64,000 bases of DNA from an uncultured virus (IMG/VR IMGVR_UViG_3300024268_000027). Lineage: Duplodnaviria > Heunggongvirae > Uroviricota > Caudoviricetes. Location of the stretch: the IMG/VR virus record IMGVR_UViG_3300024268_000027; one strand, 5' to 3'. Within the stretch, counting starts at the first letter, position 1. The number at the start of each line of letters is the position of its first letter. Below are positions 47,140 to 56,331 of the stretch, piece after piece. The notes beneath the pieces were generated by a model. That model had not been told where the DNA came from and made no database searches. It saw only the letters and a program-made list of their open reading frames with translations. The position numbers and the translations under genes were made by a program.

Positions 47140-47777
47140 GATTCAGAAATATATGTAGCAGCCATATCTGCAAGATGAAGCAGACAAGCAAGATGATACT
47201 TACTATAGATTCCAGTTGTATTGAGCTTCGGATTGTCATAGACGCTATGATGATTGACGATCGCACAGTGCTCCTCGGTGCTTAACGGAATAAATGTTTC
47301 TGTCATGTAAACTGAATTTACTCCATGAGCTCCGATTGTAAATACTTCGGAATCCTCTTTACGTTTGTAGCTGGGAACACTCTGCCAATCAAATTTACCC
47401 ATCTCATCGTACTTTGATCCAGTAGGAGAATACACCTTAACATTTCTAAAGGTTTTCTCATACTTATTCATCTTGTCGAAGTCGTGAAACAGAGAAACAA
47501 TTTTCAATGTATCCTCCGCATACTCAGGTTGAATTGCAACTTGTGTTGCATCCTCTGCGAGTTTACAGATCCAATCATAAACATTCAAACAATGCGCACA
47601 CAAACCGCCTCTGAATGCATTATGATAGATTGCACTTGCGGGAGCTTCAAAGAAGTCAGAGCCATTAAGTTGCGCCACTAATCGTTCCTTGTCAACACCC
47701 TCTCGAGTAATACTGTTAACAAGAGACAAAAATCGTTCCTTGTTTTCTTGAATCTGTTGTTCAGTTAATTCCGCCAT
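47136..47777 (-). CDS. HD-domain hydrolase
   Basis: FF.APAS..YH....GGL..H..NV, LFHD..K, HG..S, LH.AD. Confidence 0.85.
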   Translation of the reverse strand: MAELTEQQIQENKERFLSLVNSITREGVDKERLVAQLNGSDFFEAPASAIYHNAFRGGLCAHCLNVYDWICKLAEDATQVAIQPEYAEDTLKIVSLFHDFDKMNKYEKTFRNVKVYSPTGSKYDEMGKFDWQSVPSYKRKEDSEVFTIGAHGVNSVYMTETFIPLSTEEHCAIVNHHSVYDNPKLNTTGIYSKYHLACLLHLADMAATYISES

Positions 47778-47800
47778 GAGTCATCTCCTTAAAACAAAAT

Positions 47801-47828
47801 AGAGCAGGGAACTTGTACTCCCTGCTCT
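47801..47828 (-). terminator. intrinsic terminator-like hairpin
   Basis: AGAGCAGGGA / TCCCTGCTCT plus U-rich tail on the minus strand. Confidence 0.7.
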
Positions 47829-47889
47829 GAAATAATTCTGCAAAGCAACGAGGATCTACTCGTTCTTCAATTGATATTTCTACATCAAT

Positions 47890-47920
47890 ATTATATTGTA
47901 AAGATCAAGATCAATCAACT
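47890..47920 (-). promoter_or_regulatory. phage consensus promoter
   Basis: AG-TTGATT-N17-TATAAT. Confidence 0.8.
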
Positions 47921-48405
47921 TGATACGAAGACTCGCTTACTTGATTTTTCATATCTTGTAAACTTGCAAAATCTGTATCCAATCGTAGCCATCTAAATTG
48001 TAGCCTACGATACAGTTCGTTGTCAATCTTGTAAACATCACACTGCTCTCTCCAGGTTCTCAATGTGCTACAAGAACAGTTTACTTTGCGAACATTAAGA
48101 TAAGTGTCATCTAAAGTAAATGTGAACGATGTTTCAATTGCTTTGATAAATTTAGTATCAGTTAACTCCTTAACTTCATACCCAAAACAAGTACTATAAG
48201 TTGAATCATTATCCTTTGTAAAAAGAATGAATGTTGACCCCGGAGTGATCCCCCACCGCTCAATCTCGAGCTGAATTTTTTCTTCCTCAATATTACGAAG
48301 CTCTTTGTTAAGATCTCTTTGACGAGAATACAGTTTCTCTAGATCAGTATCAATCTTTGCAAGCTCTTCAACGATAATTCTTGATCTATTCACTGTCACC
48401 CTCAC
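47911..48405 (-). CDS. hypothetical protein
   Basis: about 160 aa ORF with N-terminal coiled coil. Confidence 0.65.
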   Translation of the reverse strand: MRVTVNRSRIIVEELAKIDTDLEKLYSRQRDLNKELRNIEEEKIQLEIERWGITPGSTFILFTKDNDSTYSTCFGYEVKELTDTKFIKAIETSFTFTLDDTYLNVRKVNCSCSTLRTWREQCDVYKIDNELYRRLQFRWLRLDTDFASLQDMKNQVSESSYQVD

Positions 48406-48991
48406 TTAGCAATACTTTCATTTGTGAAAGAATATCCTCATAGATTTTTCTAGTTTTGTCACTAAGAATCATCTTCTCTCTATGATCATCATACCACTTG
48501 AAAATCTCCATAAGATTTCCCTCTTTCCAAGAGAATGTCCAGTGGTCAAGTATCATCTCAATGATGAATACATACGGCATATCAAGAGCTCTTGTACCAT
48601 CATCATCATTAACAAGAACCCAATGTTGCCAGTGATGCGGATTTGCGTGTATATGAGCTAACCAGGCTCTATCAAATGCCTCTTTTACTTCAGGAGTCTT
48701 CTCTCCGTAGAAGTAATCCGCATACGCATCATATTCACAAGGAAGCTCATAATAATGTGAGGATTCTGGAATTCTTGTATATTTTGACTTATCGTGTTGA
48801 GTTAGAATCTCTTCCAGCTCGCCGTAGTAAGCTGTATCCTCAACAAAGTTATGTTCATCCAGTACATGTGGTAGATTTTCTTTGAACCACTCATAACCTT
48901 TTTGAATGTTACTGATGTGTTGAGTCAAATATGCCTCATACTCATCATGCTCTTCAACTGCTTCAAGCAAATCTTTATATTCTGTTAACAA
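48386..48991 (-). CDS. DUF5662-like HD-superfamily protein (second copy)
   Basis: HDKSK, AW..HIHANPHHWQHW, MP...IEMILD. Confidence 0.8.
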   Translation of the reverse strand: MLTEYKDLLEAVEEHDEYEAYLTQHISNIQKGYEWFKENLPHVLDEHNFVEDTAYYGELEEILTQHDKSKYTRIPESSHYYELPCEYDAYADYFYGEKTPEVKEAFDRAWLAHIHANPHHWQHWVLVNDDDGTRALDMPYVFIIEMILDHWTFSWKEGNLMEIFKWYDDHREKMILSDKTRKIYEDILSQMKVLLSEGDSE

Positions 48992-49362
48992 TTCTGTTCT
49001 CCTGTTTCTAGTGCAGATAACAACAGCTCGAACAGATATTCATCTATGATATAATAGTTGCGTTCATTCGGTCCGAAGTTAAATGCAAGAGCGTTGTAAG
49101 GTTTTCCCATGAATAGGGATTCCTTTTCGTTCTTCTCCAACCATTCCTTTTGAATAGAAATGGAAGCAGAAGCACTTGTTTTTGTTTTACACTCCAACAA
49201 GAATTTTTCTGTAAGAACATCACCTTTCTGGTAGAGGGTGGCTCCTGAGTTAAGAGTCCTATTTCCTCCTAACTTAGAAGCCACTTTATTTTCTTGTTGC
49301 TTACTATAATGTCTTGTTGGTTGAGTTTTATCTTCTCTGTGTCTACGCTGAGGCATGATCAA
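48985..49362 (-). CDS. PD-(D/E)XK nuclease / Holliday junction resolvase-like
   Basis: QE..VA, SGA....KGDV, LLECKT. Confidence 0.75.
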   Translation of the reverse strand: MIMPQRRHREDKTQPTRHYSKQQENKVASKLGGNRTLNSGATLYQKGDVLTEKFLLECKTKTSASASISIQKEWLEKNEKESLFMGKPYNALAFNFGPNERNYYIIDEYLFELLLSALETGEQNC

Positions 49363-50522
49363 TCCTCAACAGGAGGCTTGCTATCGCCCTCTTTCTCGCA
49401 AGACGCCTCCTCAGCTGTAATGGCAGCAAGCTCACGAGCATCCAGAAGACTACCGTACTTATTCGCAGTAGCGCAAATATGTCTATTCAACATTGCAATG
49501 TACTCATTTTGGAATTCAACATGACTGTTCAGGAAGTCACGAAGTTTCTGTTTACCAACAAACTTCATAACACTTCCATCATCATAAGTATATGCTTCCC
49601 CTGTTTCTAGATTCATCAAGATGTAGCTCATTGAATTAGGTCTACTGATAAAATCATACTTGATAGCAACTTCTAGTAAATCAAAAGCCCAATCCAATCC
49701 TGAATCATAACGGAAAGTCATGAAACCACCGCCACGCTGTGTAGAAGCGGTCTTATTCTTTGTTGTTGCAAATGTTAAACGGAAACCGTCTGCGTTCTCA
49801 CCATCACGAGCATCAACCTTGTCACCTTGAGTGAATGTTCTTGTGCCGAAACGAAGCTTAACAGAAGCATAGTACTTAGGTGCATGACCACCAGGCTCAT
49901 CATAGATGGGTGCACCAGTAAAGGTTGTTCCAACAGTACGAACCTGATTAATCAACAGTAAAATATTCTTTTTAGCGGCAAGAGGATCAAGCATCTTACG
50001 AATAAACTTTGCAAGAGGCTTTGCAATGCCGCCAGACATACCGTTGTCTTTTTCAATATCTGTATCGTAGTCTCTTGAAGAAACGAGAGCTGCAATAGAG
50101 TCAAGGACAATCATTCCGATATCATCCGAGTCCTGAAACTCGATAATAGCATCCATGATCTGTTCTCCAGACATCCCTTCAGGATTAACATACAACAGCT
50201 TTGTAAGATCCAGCCCGGTCATAGCAGCTTGGAACTCTTTATCAAGAGCGTGTTCCACGTCAACAAAAACACAAGTCTTATCAGGATTAGCTCTTTGATA
50301 AGCGGCTAAGTAAGTACAAGCACCAGTTGTCTTACCACTATGCTCTTTACCCGATACTGTTACAATTCTTCCGTAAGGTAAACCACCATACAGAGGAAAA
50401 TCAGCACCCAGATCATTACAAGCAAGTCGCTCATAAGATGGCATCACATCTGCAGTAAGAGCAAGTTTTTCATTCTTATAAGCTCTATTCAGCTTTTTTG
50501 CAATTTCTAGAACTGAACTCAT
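49359..50522 (-). CDS. recA: RecA-like recombinase
   Basis: GGLPYGRI, GKEHSGKTT, FVDVEHALD, VLDSIAAL, INQVR, PGG.A.K.YAS. Confidence 0.93.
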   Translation of the reverse strand: MSSVLEIAKKLNRAYKNEKLALTADVMPSYERLACNDLGADFPLYGGLPYGRIVTVSGKEHSGKTTGACTYLAAYQRANPDKTCVFVDVEHALDKEFQAAMTGLDLTKLLYVNPEGMSGEQIMDAIIEFQDSDDIGMIVLDSIAALVSSRDYDTDIEKDNGMSGGIAKPLAKFIRKMLDPLAAKKNILLLINQVRTVGTTFTGAPIYDEPGGHAPKYYASVKLRFGTRTFTQGDKVDARDGENADGFRLTFATTKNKTASTQRGGGFMTFRYDSGLDWAFDLLEVAIKYDFISRPNSMSYILMNLETGEAYTYDDGSVMKFVGKQKLRDFLNSHVEFQNEYIAMLNRHICATANKYGSLLDARELAAITAEEASCEKEGDSKPPVED

Positions 50523-50535
50523 TCTATTCTCCTAA

Positions 50536-51018
50536 TCAACCATCAACGTTAGTAAGTTTTGCCTCTGATAAACGAGACATGAGAACTGTCTTCAGAGAGT
50601 CAACCACTCTATGCACTTCGTCAAGTTTTGTTTTGAACATTGATGCAGCCAGAGAGTAGATCTCGTCTGCAAGAATTTCTGCAGACGTATTGATGATTGC
50701 AGTGTTCTCTTTGACACCACCGGTGCCACTAGTTTCATTGTAGTTTCTTGCGTAAGCTTCCTTGCGTAGGGTTTCAGCAAGAGCAGCTTTGAAAATTGAC
50801 TTCTCCTTAATCTCACTAAAGGAATAAGATCTTAGAGACAATCTCAAGATAAGATCTCGAATAGCGTCATTGGAAAGTTTTTCAACATCATTGTAAGCAC
50901 TTTCCATCATTCTATTCAAATCTCCTGTAAACTCCTCGTTCAAGGAATTTGCAACTTCAATCAACTCAGAATATGTCATATCGACATTATCCAAAGCTAC
51001 AGAAACATTATTTTTCAA
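50536..51018 (-). CDS. hypothetical helical protein (UvsY-like position)
   Basis: 160 aa ORF between recA and recU. Confidence 0.65.
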   Translation of the reverse strand: MKNNVSVALDNVDMTYSELIEVANSLNEEFTGDLNRMMESAYNDVEKLSNDAIRDLILRLSLRSYSFSEIKEKSIFKAALAETLRKEAYARNYNETSGTGGVKENTAIINTSAEILADEIYSLAASMFKTKLDEVHRVVDSLKTVLMSRLSEAKLTNVDG

Positions 51019-51019
51019 G

Positions 51020-51490
51020 TTACCATCCCTCCGGTAAATCTAACAGAACAGAATAATCAGAATCCATGAACACACGCTTCTTTGTTGAAGGAATATCAAG
51101 AAACTCGTATTCCTCAGAATCTAGTGTCCGAATATTGACTGATTTCTTTCCGTCTTGTTTCATCTTTTCAATTGTTGTTAAAGGAACATATATGACTCTA
51201 TCTTTCTCTGTGTACCATATAACAACACCCATTCTAACACCTTGAGCACCTCTATATTGCATCATTGTTTGATACTGAGTGAAATTTGTTATTGGAAACG
51301 TATTACCGCTTGTGCTCTTTACTTCCAGAATAAAGAGATAGGGATAAACATAACATACAAAGTCACATAAATTTCGAGATCCAAGATTTCCTGAAGTCTG
51401 ATCAGGTAGTCTATAAACAAAACTACCTGTCAGCTTCCGAAAGTCTTCACGAAATTTTCCTTCGAACTGTTTTCCTCTGTTAACTGACAA
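51020..51490 (-). CDS. recU: RecU-like Holliday junction resolvase
   Basis: NRGKQFE, CDF, LEVKST, Q. Confidence 0.75.
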   Translation of the reverse strand: MSVNRGKQFEGKFREDFRKLTGSFVYRLPDQTSGNLGSRNLCDFVCYVYPYLFILEVKSTSGNTFPITNFTQYQTMMQYRGAQGVRMGVVIWYTEKDRVIYVPLTTIEKMKQDGKKSVNIRTLDSEEYEFLDIPSTKKRVFMDSDYSVLLDLPEGW

Positions 51491-51491
51491 A

Positions 51492-52619
51492 TCAGTTTAG
51501 AATGCACTCAGGAATAACATTCTTGACATTGCCTCTGGAAAGAACAACAGCCTGACCATCACCAAAGTGGATAGTGACATACTGCTCAGTACAAGTCTCA
51601 AGAGTCTGCTTAAGATCGTTTAGATCTAACAGAGCACTGTAATTGTTTTCCATGTCACAAGTAGTATTGGTGTAATACACCTCTTCCTTGTTTTCCTTCT
51701 TAGCGTCATAAACTACAACGCTATCCTTCTTGAACTCAAAGACGCTATAAGGCTTAATAACATCCTTTGCACTGTTTGCAGAACTAAACAGTAACAGACG
51801 ACTGATAGTCTGAATAAGTGCTTCACGATTGATATTTACTGAATAAGGATATCCTGCATTTGCACGACCTCTAACTGCATTAACAGGAAATGATCTCAGC
51901 ATAGTATCATCACAAGACAAGATTGCAGTTATGATGATGTCTGAAGTTGCAAATCTCACCTTTGTCTGAATAATATCAGAACTAATAGCATCATATCCGA
52001 GAGTAAACTGAACCTTTTCACCTTTGAAAAGCTTGAAGAGCTTAACAAGACGATCGTTAAGAAGAAGCTTTACCGGCTGAGCCAAACTGAAACTATTTAC
52101 ACAAGCACCAGTAGTAAATGTAACTGCTCCGGACTCGTCTAGATAATAAAGTTTCTGAATGGGCTTGGAAATGATACCCTGAGACAGCTGCTTACTGTTG
52201 AACTGTAACATACTTAGAAGCACAGAGCTGTCAATTTCAAAATTAACAGTAGGATTGTCAATCATGATTTCAGGTAATTCCAACAACGCATCACCATCAA
52301 AGATGAGGGGGAGCTTGTAAGTTCCGTTACCTTTCAATACAAGTGCAGAGTCCACAATGTTCATCTCAATAGTGTCAGTGGTAATCTGAGAAACCAACTT
52401 CAAGAACAGATTGGCATTAACAGTTGCATGAAAATCAATCTCTTCATTCATTGGAATCTTTACCTGAGCAAAGTACTCACGATTGGTAACACTGATATAC
52501 AAATCTTTATCAACAGTTTTGAGCTGTAGAGTTTCAGTGAGTACAGACAGTGCGTTTGAATCCACAGCAGCAAGAATCTTGCTACAAGAATTCTGAAGTT
52601 CTTCGATTCTACAAATCAT
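51492..52619 (-). CDS. dnaN: sliding clamp (DNA Pol III beta-like)
   Basis: 375 aa; N-terminal helix followed by L...TN.E..; three-domain-like periodicity with C-terminal I.P; clamp loader genes nearby. Confidence 0.75.
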   Translation of the reverse strand: MICRIEELQNSCSKILAAVDSNALSVLTETLQLKTVDKDLYISVTNREYFAQVKIPMNEEIDFHATVNANLFLKLVSQITTDTIEMNIVDSALVLKGNGTYKLPLIFDGDALLELPEIMIDNPTVNFEIDSSVLLSMLQFNSKQLSQGIISKPIQKLYYLDESGAVTFTTGACVNSFSLAQPVKLLLNDRLVKLFKLFKGEKVQFTLGYDAISSDIIQTKVRFATSDIIITAILSCDDTMLRSFPVNAVRGRANAGYPYSVNINREALIQTISRLLLFSSANSAKDVIKPYSVFEFKKDSVVVYDAKKENKEEVYYTNTTCDMENNYSALLDLNDLKQTLETCTEQYVTIHFGDGQAVVLSRGNVKNVIPECILN

Positions 52620-52653
52620 CTACGATTTTCCTTTCAGATTTATGTACACTTTG

Positions 52654-52684
52654 ATTATATATTTAAGAAGTCACTCAATCAACT
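52654..52684 (-). promoter_or_regulatory. phage consensus promoter
   Basis: AG-TTGATT-N17-TATAAT. Confidence 0.8.
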
Positions 52685-53568
52685 TAGAATAGATCAACTT
52701 TAGCTACAGCTGAAGCCGATTCCTTTTTTCTTGATTTATATGGAGCAACTTTTTCCTTCATGTATTCTACCCGAGGTAGGCTAACTGAATCTTGATACCA
52801 GTGAACGTTACACATCTTGAGGTTTTCTTTTTCTACATTCTCAAGAATGTATTGATCTACTTCATCAAACTTAACAGGAGGATAAACATATCTTCCTTTA
52901 CCGTCTCCTGCATGAGTCGATGTATTTGAGCTCGGCTTAGTGATTACAATTGTTGGAGCAACATACGCATTGTAGTATCTACGAATCAATCTTGCAAAAT
53001 AAACATCTTCAGGAGTGCCAAGTTTAACATCACATCGCTGATCAATGAACACAGGCTGATCATAGTACTTTCTAAAATTCTTCATGATTAGTCCATGCAT
53101 CCAGTTATAACTCTTGTTGTTAAGAGCAGGAATCAATTGAACATGTGTCATGTAATCTTCACGCTGTTTTGCAACAATTCTATCCTGAGATACCCACAAC
53201 CCGAGAGTTGAAAAAATAACATCAATATGATTCAGTTTATCCGCCTTCAAAGCTTCAACAATAGTTACAGTATCATTGATAGTTGGAGTAGAAACTTTCT
53301 CATTTGCATCTAACCACAACGCGTAATCGTAATCTGATTCATAGAACCACTTCAACAAACCGTTACGAGCGTTTGTAAATCCAACACGATCAGGCTGATG
53401 TCCAACATAGATAAACCGATCATCATAATCAGTTTCTTGAAAGGCTTGATCATAAATTGCAATCGCATCCAGATTCAGATGTTTATAGTTGTGCTCAATG
53501 GCTTCATTGTTTGCATCTCTGTTGTTATCCAGCATGAGACAAGGAATAAGACCAACAATCTTTGCCAT
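52684..53568 (-). CDS. GT-A/GT2-like glycosyltransferase
   Basis: GFTNARNGLL...DYDYALWLDAN (ARN...DY..FLDxD-like), PEDVYF; ends KVDLF. Confidence 0.65.
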   Translation of the reverse strand: MAKIVGLIPCLMLDNNRDANNEAIEHNYKHLNLDAIAIYDQAFQETDYDDRFIYVGHQPDRVGFTNARNGLLKWFYESDYDYALWLDANEKVSTPTINDTVTIVEALKADKLNHIDVIFSTLGLWVSQDRIVAKQREDYMTHVQLIPALNNKSYNWMHGLIMKNFRKYYDQPVFIDQRCDVKLGTPEDVYFARLIRRYYNAYVAPTIVITKPSSNTSTHAGDGKGRYVYPPVKFDEVDQYILENVEKENLKMCNVHWYQDSVSLPRVEYMKEKVAPYKSRKKESASAVAKVDLF

Positions 53569-53581
53569 AGTTACCTCTCAA

Positions 53582-54289
53582 TCAATCATTCCAACCAGGA
53601 TAAGGAATAAACTTGAACGCACCTGTTAACTCTCCATCAATGTTGATAATCTGACCAGTCATAACAGTGTTCTTAACAAGTAGAAAGAAGATCCATTCAG
53701 CAATCTCCTCTACTGTTGCAAGTTTTTTGAGAACACTTAGATTTGCAATCTCTTCCATCAACTCAGGCTGTGCATACAATTCAGGTTCTAGTGAAGTTCC
53801 TTGAATACCTCTTTCAGGATCTGCAGCAACAATACCATCTAGATTCAAAGAATTAACAATAACATGTCGAGGATCCTTGCCAAAGTTGTTCGCAGCCCAT
53901 TTTGTTAATGCATCTCGACCACCTTGTGAAGCACAGTACCGAATGTTATCATAGCCCTTTGTAGATGCTGTACTACCGATTTGAACAATACTCTTTAATT
54001 CAGGATCATTTCCATACTTTTCAAGAACATTGATGTAGCCATACAGATTAACAAAGATTGCATATTTCTGCGGAGTTACAATTCCTGCGTTATTTACAAG
54101 ATAATTGATTCCATCCACATCAGGAAGAGACTTTGCATCACTAACATCAGAAATGTAGTGAGTATAATTTTCATGAATGAGTGAAGGCTCCTTTACATCG
54201 AGTCCTACAACCTCATATCCTTCATCAAGAAACTTAACCGCTGCAGCTCTTCCAACGCCACAGCTTGTTCCAGTTATCAAAACTTTCAT
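53582..54289 (-). CDS. short-chain dehydrogenase/reductase
   Basis: ITGTSCGVG, LVNNAG, GS, YCASQ (Gln in place of the YxxxK Lys), TGQ.I.IDG. Confidence 0.9.
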   Translation of the reverse strand: MKVLITGTSCGVGRAAAVKFLDEGYEVVGLDVKEPSLIHENYTHYISDVSDAKSLPDVDGINYLVNNAGIVTPQKYAIFVNLYGYINVLEKYGNDPELKSIVQIGSTASTKGYDNIRYCASQGGRDALTKWAANNFGKDPRHVIVNSLNLDGIVAADPERGIQGTSLEPELYAQPELMEEIANLSVLKKLATVEEIAEWIFFLLVKNTVMTGQIINIDGELTGAFKFIPYPGWND

Positions 54290-54298
54290 ACCAGCACC

Positions 54299-55510
54299 TC
54301 ACCAAAGATCAACTTTAGTTTTAATTACAGCAGGAGCCATTTCACGAATCTTACTCATCCAATTCTCGGTATCCTGAATGTTGAAAACTGCTCTTGCATA
54401 ACAGTTAGTAGCCAGAGCATTACCAGGATCAAATCGAACAGTTCCTAAGCCGTCAAAAATCAAAGTTTTCCTCTTTGTTTCCCAGGTTCCAAAAAACTTA
54501 TCTGCCCCTTCAGGAGCATCCTCAGCTGCGCTCAACTTCAAGGTGTCAATTTCATCACCATGAATCAAAAGAACACTTGTATCATTATCCTTGTGAACAT
54601 GATACTCCTCACCATCAAGAGTGAACTTAACAGTATCTGCATCCATGAATTCATAATTCAATTCATAAGGATCAAGTGTAAATCCACGCTCATGAATAAT
54701 GTCTTCAACAGATTTCTGATAAGCAGCAGACTTCTCTGAATAGTGGTTACCTCTGAGCATTTCTTTTTGAATGTCACTAACATAGATTGTCTTGTCATCA
54801 ATACTGATCATTCCATAAGCAGCTCTTTTCAGATAAGATGTTGCGTCTGTTGAATAAACATCAATGTGTTCAAGAACAGATTTAACACCGACACCGAATG
54901 CATGAGTCTTAACATTCGGATTACTACTGTTTGCAATGATCTTCATTGCATCTTGACCCCAGTTAATTCTGACTTTACGTGTTCCTTCCAAGGAGATAGC
55001 CAAACCAATGTAATCTAGCTTGCTACCATCAGGATGAACGTATTCCAAGAATCTTTCAAGGTGCTTCCATTCCTCACCATAGTGGAATACAGGAATCAAC
55101 TTATGCCGGATTTCAGGATTAAGTCTTTCCCACATATAAAGATAGTTTTCCCAGGTCTTATCACCGTATGTAGGATCAACATTTTCGGGATCAGGAACAG
55201 AGTCAACACCAACAAAACAATCAAGACCATCTCCCCATTCATTGAGGAACTCAAGATAAGTATCAGTGTACTCAATGATATCCTGATCAGTTAGAGTCAA
55301 TCCCTTTTTCTTCATTTGCTGGAAATGTGTAAAAGCACCGCTGTCACACATGATTCTAGCTGTATACTCAGGATGCTCTCTCTTGTATGTAACAGTTTCC
55401 ATGATCAGTTTCTTTTCGTGATACACAGAAAACAACTGATCAATATTCAGGTCACGCTTTAACTGTGGATCATAAGCTCCTGAATAGTAGTAGACTTGAC
55501 AACTCATCAA
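54299..55510 (-). CDS. dpdA: DpdA/TGT-family 7-deazaguanine transglycosylase
   Basis: DSGAFT, Y..FL, VD.V, T.EN...M, IPVFH.GE, YIGL, HAFGV, STDATSY; ends KVDLW. Confidence 0.8.
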   Translation of the reverse strand: MMSCQVYYYSGAYDPQLKRDLNIDQLFSVYHEKKLIMETVTYKREHPEYTARIMCDSGAFTHFQQMKKKGLTLTDQDIIEYTDTYLEFLNEWGDGLDCFVGVDSVPDPENVDPTYGDKTWENYLYMWERLNPEIRHKLIPVFHYGEEWKHLERFLEYVHPDGSKLDYIGLAISLEGTRKVRINWGQDAMKIIANSSNPNVKTHAFGVGVKSVLEHIDVYSTDATSYLKRAAYGMISIDDKTIYVSDIQKEMLRGNHYSEKSAAYQKSVEDIIHERGFTLDPYELNYEFMDADTVKFTLDGEEYHVHKDNDTSVLLIHGDEIDTLKLSAAEDAPEGADKFFGTWETKRKTLIFDGLGTVRFDPGNALATNCYARAVFNIQDTENWMSKIREMAPAVIKTKVDLW

Positions 55511-55539
55511 GACCTCCTTGTTATTTTCTAGTTAACAAC

Positions 55540-55570
55540 ATTGTAATATAAGAACTACAATTATTCAACT
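55540..55570 (-). promoter_or_regulatory. phage consensus promoter for the dpdA-SDR-GT operon
   Basis: AG-TTGAAT-N17-TACAAT. Confidence 0.7.
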
Positions 55571-55965
55571 TAAACTAGTGACTGTGTCAATGTGAAAGTA
55601 CGTGAATTCAAGAATACACACTCTTTATCGCGAAATAACTTCTGTAAGCAGTTAATCATGAATTCTTGATTTTCTTTCGGTATTTCCACACCAAGATCAT
55701 ATGTACGAATAATTTTACGACTCACTGAAGAAAAGCTAAGTACATCGTAACCTGATGATTCAAGAACACGCTCATTAACAGGCTTGATAGAACCATCAAG
55801 TAATCTAAGCACATATGAATATATACCTGCATGTGCGGGGTCATGATTACAAATAACTGTGTACATTCCTTTCGGTGTTACAAGAATATTTTTTACAGAT
55901 TCATCAGGAATCATATTCAAAAATTTTTCAAGATAATCTTCATCAATAGAATAAACTTTTATCAT
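55570..55965 (-). CDS. hypothetical protein
   Basis: 131 aa ORF with GGAG RBS. Confidence 0.65.
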   Translation of the reverse strand: MIKVYSIDEDYLEKFLNMIPDESVKNILVTPKGMYTVICNHDPAHAGIYSYVLRLLDGSIKPVNERVLESSGYDVLSFSSVSRKIIRTYDLGVEIPKENQEFMINCLQKLFRDKECVFLNSRTFTLTQSLV

Positions 55966-55970
55966 TTTCT

Positions 55971-55989
55971 CTCCAGAAAATAGGAAGAA
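55971..55989 (+). repeat. 19-bp intergenic repeat, copy 2
   Basis: CTCCAGAAAATAGGAAGAA; inverted relative to 26142-26160. Confidence 0.6.
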
Positions 55990-56003
55990 TTTTTATTAAA
56001 AAT

Positions 56004-56052
56004 AGGCGCAACTATCTCAATGAGATAAGTTATACCTCAGATAGTTGCGCCT
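56004..56052 (-). terminator. intrinsic terminator after the transporter operon
   Basis: AGGCGCAACTATCT / AGATAGTTGCGCCT 14-bp stem plus U-rich tail. Confidence 0.75.
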
Positions 56053-56058
56053 GTTATA

Positions 56059-56325
56059 TCATTTGTGCTTAAGTGTTACAATCAGATAGTACAAATTTAC
56101 AAATACAAGCACACCGTTGAGAAGTATCATTCCCGCACCTAACGGTCCTAGAAGGATACCGTAGATTACTGAAACAATACTACCGATCAGATTAACTGAT
56201 CTCATCAGGATGTTTCCTCTCTTTGTCGATGAATTGAAACACATTGACACAAGAACAATGATACTTGCAACTAATCCAATGATTGAAACAGGATCTGTTA
56301 GTAAAGTGTCAAAGTATTCTGTCAT
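56059..56325 (-). CDS. small 3-TM membrane protein (YgjV/PQ-loop-like)
   Basis: IIGLVASIIVLVSM...R.VNLIGS.....YGILL...ILLNGVLVFVNLYYL. Confidence 0.75.
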   Translation of the reverse strand: MTEYFDTLLTDPVSIIGLVASIIVLVSMCFNSSTKRGNILMRSVNLIGSIVSVIYGILLGPLGAGMILLNGVLVFVNLYYLIVTLKHK

Positions 56326-56331
56326 ACCTGA

